This document shows positions 60,737 through 64,000 of a stretch of 64,000 nt of DNA, piece by piece. Source of the stretch: a virus; the IMG/VR virus record IMGVR_UViG_3300045993_001028; one strand, given 5' to 3'. Under the pieces are notes generated by a model that saw nothing but the letters and a program-made list of their open reading frames with translations, made no database searches and had not been told where the DNA came from. Both the position numbers and the translations under genes were made by a program. Each line of letters starts with the position of its first letter. Position 1 is the stretch's first letter.

Positions 60737-61278
60737 CGTCCGATCAAGCCGCCGAGGTGGTGCGCTTCCTGGGCGCGTCCTACGTCGCCGTGACCTCGAA
60801 GTTCAGCGAGGAACAGGTCCGCGGGATGGTCCTGGCCTACGCCGCCGGGCTCTGCGACCTCGAGGCCGAGGTCGTGCGCGGCGCGATCGTGCGGCTCGCG
60901 CGGACCTCGAAGTTCCTGCCGACGATCGCGGAGATCCGCGAAGCCTGCATCACGAACGCCCGCGGGCCGAAGCGCCCCGGCGCCGATGCGTGGGGCGACG
61001 TCCTCGCCGCCGTGCGGGACGAAGGGGTGTACCGCCGCCCCGTGCAGGACTTCCTGTTCAAGGACCCGCTCGTTCTCCGCGCCGTCCGGAGCCTCGGGTG
61101 GAGCGAGCTCTGCCTGAGCGAGAACCAGACCGCCGACCGGGCGCGCTTCATCGAGCTCTATGACTCCTACGAGCGTGTCGAGCGCGTCGAGGCCCAGGCC
61201 GCGAACGCGCTCGGGTCCTCGACGACGAACAAGCTGGTCGGCGACCTCGCCCTCCGGCTGACCGGAGGGAAGTCATGA
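60733..61278 (+). CDS. Helicase loader/inhibitor (SPP1 G39P-like)
   Basis: ATG60733; KFLPTIAEIR, AWGDV, RAVRSLGW..LC..RARFIELY. Confidence 0.7.
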   Translation: MTSDQAAEVVRFLGASYVAVTSKFSEEQVRGMVLAYAAGLCDLEAEVVRGAIVRLARTSKFLPTIAEIREACITNARGPKRPGADAWGDVLAAVRDEGVYRRPVQDFLFKDPLVLRAVRSLGWSELCLSENQTADRARFIELYDSYERVERVEAQAANALGSSTTNKLVGDLALRLTGGKS

Positions 61279-61643
61279 GCGTCAACGCCACCAGTGACGT
61301 GTCCCGTCGCATCATGGCCGAGGAGCGGTGTCTGGCCGCGGAGGCCCGCGCCGACCACGCCGAGAAGGCCCTGCTCATGTCGCAGGACTTCTACGAGCGG
61401 AGGTTTCGCCGGTTGCGGACGTGGGTCACCGACGAGGTGCGCCCGCTCTCCGAGGAGGTCTACCTTCGGTACTGGAACATCGTCGCCAACGGCGCGGCGA
61501 CCCCCGGGGAGCAGTTCGCGGTCGATGACCACGCCTGGACGACGCGCGATGACCTTCCGGTCTGCTCGCGGTGCGGCGTGGTCCGCAACGTCGACAAGGT
61601 CACACGGTGCCGCGGCTCGCTGCCGGCTGTGAGGACGCGGTGA
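61275..61643 (+). CDS. Hypothetical protein
   Basis: ATGA coupling; CSRC. Confidence 0.6.
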   Translation: MSVNATSDVSRRIMAEERCLAAEARADHAEKALLMSQDFYERRFRRLRTWVTDEVRPLSEEVYLRYWNIVANGAATPGEQFAVDDHAWTTRDDLPVCSRCGVVRNVDKVTRCRGSLPAVRTR

Positions 61644-61984
61644 CCGTTCGCCTCTCCCGCCGCGACAAGGAACGTCGCGCCCTCATCGTCCGCGACGTCG
61701 GCTGCGACTGCGGCGGCGAGCACCACCGCTGCCCTCTGCAGCTCACCCGCGGCGACCTCGAGGACGCCGTTCGCCTGATCATGATCGCCGGCCCCGACCG
61801 GCGCCACGTTGACCTCCGGCCGACCCCGGCCGAGGTCGCGCGCGTCACGCGCGAGAAAGAAGAACCGATGGAGACGAAGCCCTGCCCGAAGTGCCGCGCC
61901 CCCGTGGCGATCCCCGTCTACCAGGCGGCTTTCCTCACGCTCCGCGTCGCCGCGTGGCCGAACTGCACGAGGTGCGGGCTGTGA
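61640..61984 (+). CDS. Hypothetical Zn-ribbon protein
   Basis: GTG61640; CPKC...CTRC. Confidence 0.6.
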   Translation: MTVRLSRRDKERRALIVRDVGCDCGGEHHRCPLQLTRGDLEDAVRLIMIAGPDRRHVDLRPTPAEVARVTREKEEPMETKPCPKCRAPVAIPVYQAAFLTLRVAAWPNCTRCGL

Positions 61985-62106
61985 TGCTCCTGTACTTCGC
62001 GAGCGCGGCGTTCGTCGCCATCGACGTGGTGCTTGCGCGCCTCGATCGCGCCCGCCGTGTGATAGTCCTCGACCTGACGCCCCTGGCGTCGAAGGAGCGA
62101 CGATGA
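61981..62106 (+). CDS. Tiny membrane protein
   Basis: GTGA coupling; LLYFASAAFVAIDVVLA. Confidence 0.5.
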   Translation: MMLLYFASAAFVAIDVVLARLDRARRVIVLDLTPLASKERR

Positions 62107-62381
62107 GCGCGAAGCTGCTGAAGACGACGCTGGGGCACCACGCCGGCGTCGGGATCACCTGCGACGGGTGCGGCTACAAGATCCGCCGCAAGACCGCCCG
62201 CCACGCCGGCCAGTACCGCGCCGTGCTCGCCAGCCGCGGCTGGGTCACGACCGTCGAGAACCCGGAGGCGCCGGCGTCGCAGTGGGGTGCGATCATCGAC
62301 GTGTGCCCGAAGTGCCGCCACAAGTCCTACGCGGACGACGACGTCGAAGCCATCGCCCAGGTTGTTGGAGGTGTCCGGTGA
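62103..62381 (+). CDS. Small Zn-binding protein
   Basis: CDGC..GW..DVCPKC. Confidence 0.65.
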   Translation: MSAKLLKTTLGHHAGVGITCDGCGYKIRRKTARHAGQYRAVLASRGWVTTVENPEAPASQWGAIIDVCPKCRHKSYADDDVEAIAQVVGGVR

Positions 62382-62905
62382 TCCCCGCGCTGTTGTTCCT
62401 CCTGGGCCTGCTCGCGTCCGACGACGACGCTCGCGCGCTGCAGCGGACGTACCCCGAGGTCGCGCTCGAGGTCGCCCGCGAGCACGTCACCGCGGCCCGC
62501 CTCGCGGGCGCGGTGACGGGCACGGACCCCGCGCTGCTGCTGTCGATCGCGTGGCACGAGAGCCGCTACGAGGCGCGGGCCGTCGGCCCCGAAGCCGGCG
62601 GGCGCGTCTCGTGCGGCGCGATGACGCCCGAGCCCGTCGCCCGCTGCGCGCCGCAGCAGACCGCGCTCGAGGGGTACCTGGCCGGGGCGCGGCACCTCCG
62701 GACGTGGATGACCTCGACGCCCACGCTGCGCGTCGCCCTCACCGGCTACGCCGGCGGCTACCGGATGATCCGCGCCTGCGCCGGCGGCCCCGTGCGGCGC
62801 GCCACCGGCCGGCACGACGACCTCTGCCGCGTCGCCGAGGTGTTCGCGTGGCGAGCTGCGTGGATCCGCCGCGAGCTCGGGCGGCGGCTGGTGGTGGCGT
62901 CGTGA
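62378..62905 (+). CDS. Secreted SLT-like lytic transglycosylase
   Basis: GTG62378 with signal-like N-term; DPALLLSIAWHESRY..GARHL..ALTGYAGG. Confidence 0.7.
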   Translation: MIPALLFLLGLLASDDDARALQRTYPEVALEVAREHVTAARLAGAVTGTDPALLLSIAWHESRYEARAVGPEAGGRVSCGAMTPEPVARCAPQQTALEGYLAGARHLRTWMTSTPTLRVALTGYAGGYRMIRACAGGPVRRATGRHDDLCRVAEVFAWRAAWIRRELGRRLVVAS

Positions 62906-63177
62906 TCGCCGCCGCCGCGTACTTCGCCGGCGCGGTCCTGGTCGCGCTCGCTGGCACCGCGCTCGACCGCTGGGTCGTTCGGCGCGAGATGGCGGCCGAC
63001 CGGCGGCGGATCGCCGCGGAGCACGCCCTGCGCGACGCCCCGGTCCTGGCGATCGTGCGGGGGGTGCCCTCCGCGGCGTGTGCGACGTGCGGTGGCAAGA
63101 CGCCGGCCGACCGCCAGCTCTGCTGGTTCTGCCACTACGAGCTGCAAGGCGGCAAGCTGGAGAACCTGCGTGGCTGA
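62902..63177 (+). CDS. Membrane-anchored Zn-ribbon protein
   Basis: N-terminal TM; CATC..CWFC. Confidence 0.6.
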   Translation: MIAAAAYFAGAVLVALAGTALDRWVVRREMAADRRRIAAEHALRDAPVLAIVRGVPSAACATCGGKTPADRQLCWFCHYELQGGKLENLRG

Positions 63178-63246
63178 GCAGGAGGCCGCCGCCTACTGCG
63201 CCCGCTGCTTGGCGATCATCGACGGCATCCTAAAGCGGAGCGCCAG

Positions 63247-63483
63247 GTGATCGTCGGCGGCTACGAACTCCACCTCTACTGCGACGGCGCCGGCTGTCGC
63301 AACGGCCTGTACCGCCGCCACCCCGCGAACAGCGAGTACACGGGGAGCGAGAGCCGCGCCCAGGCGTGGAAGCAGGCGCGTGCGGATGGGTGGAGGCTCA
63401 TGAAGGATGGCCGCTGCCTGTGTACGAGATGCCGGGCCAAGGGGGCAAAGTTGTCCGACGAGAGCCAGGAGAACGCCCAGTGA
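63247..63483 (+). CDS. Small Zn-binding protein
   Basis: LYCDGAGC..ARADGW..CLCTRC. Confidence 0.65.
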   Translation: MIVGGYELHLYCDGAGCRNGLYRRHPANSEYTGSESRAQAWKQARADGWRLMKDGRCLCTRCRAKGAKLSDESQENAQ

Positions 63484-63608
63484 CCACGCCATGCCTGCGC
63501 TGCGGCGCGCTGCTTCACACCGGCGAGGCGCGGGTCATCGTCGGGTTCACGGTCGCGGAGTTGGTCGAGTTGCTCTACGCCGGTCGCGGAGGCCCCCATG
63601 GCGGCTGA
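63480..63608 (+). CDS. Tiny hypothetical protein
   Basis: GTGA coupling; PCLRCG. Confidence 0.45.
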   Translation: MTTPCLRCGALLHTGEARVIVGFTVAELVELLYAGRGGPHGG

Positions 63609-64000
63609 GTGCGCCGTCTGCCGCAAGGCGATCCTCCGGAACGACCGCTTCGTCCTCGACGGGACCGAGGCGTTCCACCCGTACTGCCTGCAGGACCGTT
63701 ACCGCTCCGCGCTGCGCGTTGCGCAGCAGCACCAGACCGAGCTCCAGAAGCAGCTCGACGCGACCCGCCGCGCCGCCGCTCGCATCGAGGAGGACGAGCG
63801 CCGCGCCCGCAACGAGGCGTCCCAGCGGCACGCCGCGCAGATCCGCCTCGAGTCCCAAGCCGCCACCCTGCGCGACGAACTCGCCCGCTCGCAGGAGCGC
63901 CTCCGCGCCGTGGAGGGCGCGCTCGCCGCCGCCCGCAACGAGGGCGCGACCCTCCGCGCCGAGGTCGCCAAGGTGCGCCAGGAGACGGTCCCGGCAGAGG
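63598..64000 (+). CDS. Zn-finger + coiled-coil protein, truncated by window edge
   Basis: Own translation from ATG63598: CAVC-x17-HPYC then heptads; no stop before 64000. Confidence 0.65.
   Translation, partial: MAAECAVCRKAILRNDRFVLDGTEAFHPYCLQDRYRSALRVAQQHQTELQKQLDATRRAAARIEEDERRARNEASQRHAAQIRLESQAATLRDELARSQERLRAVEGALAAARNEGATLRAEVAKVRQETVPAE

Overview
The whole 64-kb window reads as one very GC-rich (about 70% or more, by eye) temperate bacterial virus. I see no host housekeeping genes, and genes run off both ends. Left arm (minus strand, 1-30.4 kb) is a virion module: glycosyltransferases, three tandem Gly-rich paralogs, collagen-like fibres, a membrane-anchored GH25 muramidase, about 15 small C-terminally anchored membrane proteins, Arg-rich core-like proteins, two adjacent ~200-aa beta-rich proteins resembling paired single-jelly-roll capsid proteins, and a transglutaminase-fold Cys protease. 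No terminase, portal, HK97 capsid or tail gene was recognised, so a tailless, membrane-containing virion is inferred. Right arm (30.8-64 kb) holds early genes, a holin/tRNA-Trp/peptidase cluster, J-domain proteins, a ParB-like protein, an anchored transglycosylase, RadC/JAB, a GP88-like protein, a CX5R phosphatase, a tyrosine recombinase and a 2580-aa polyvalent protein ending in a kinase. It ends in a lambdoid-type YqaJ/SSAP-HTH-replication initiator (with an internal 10-bp GTCAC array)-helicase loader module. The most striking signal is two recurring peptide tags. An N-terminal MSY...[LMV]G[DA] motif with a C-terminal TM/basic tail marks the membrane proteins. A basic-flanked NP motif (RRNP/KRNP/xPNP) marks core-like proteins and several effector enzymes. 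I infer a protease-linked virion sorting or maturation code. All family assignments come from motif recognition by eye; no database search was run.
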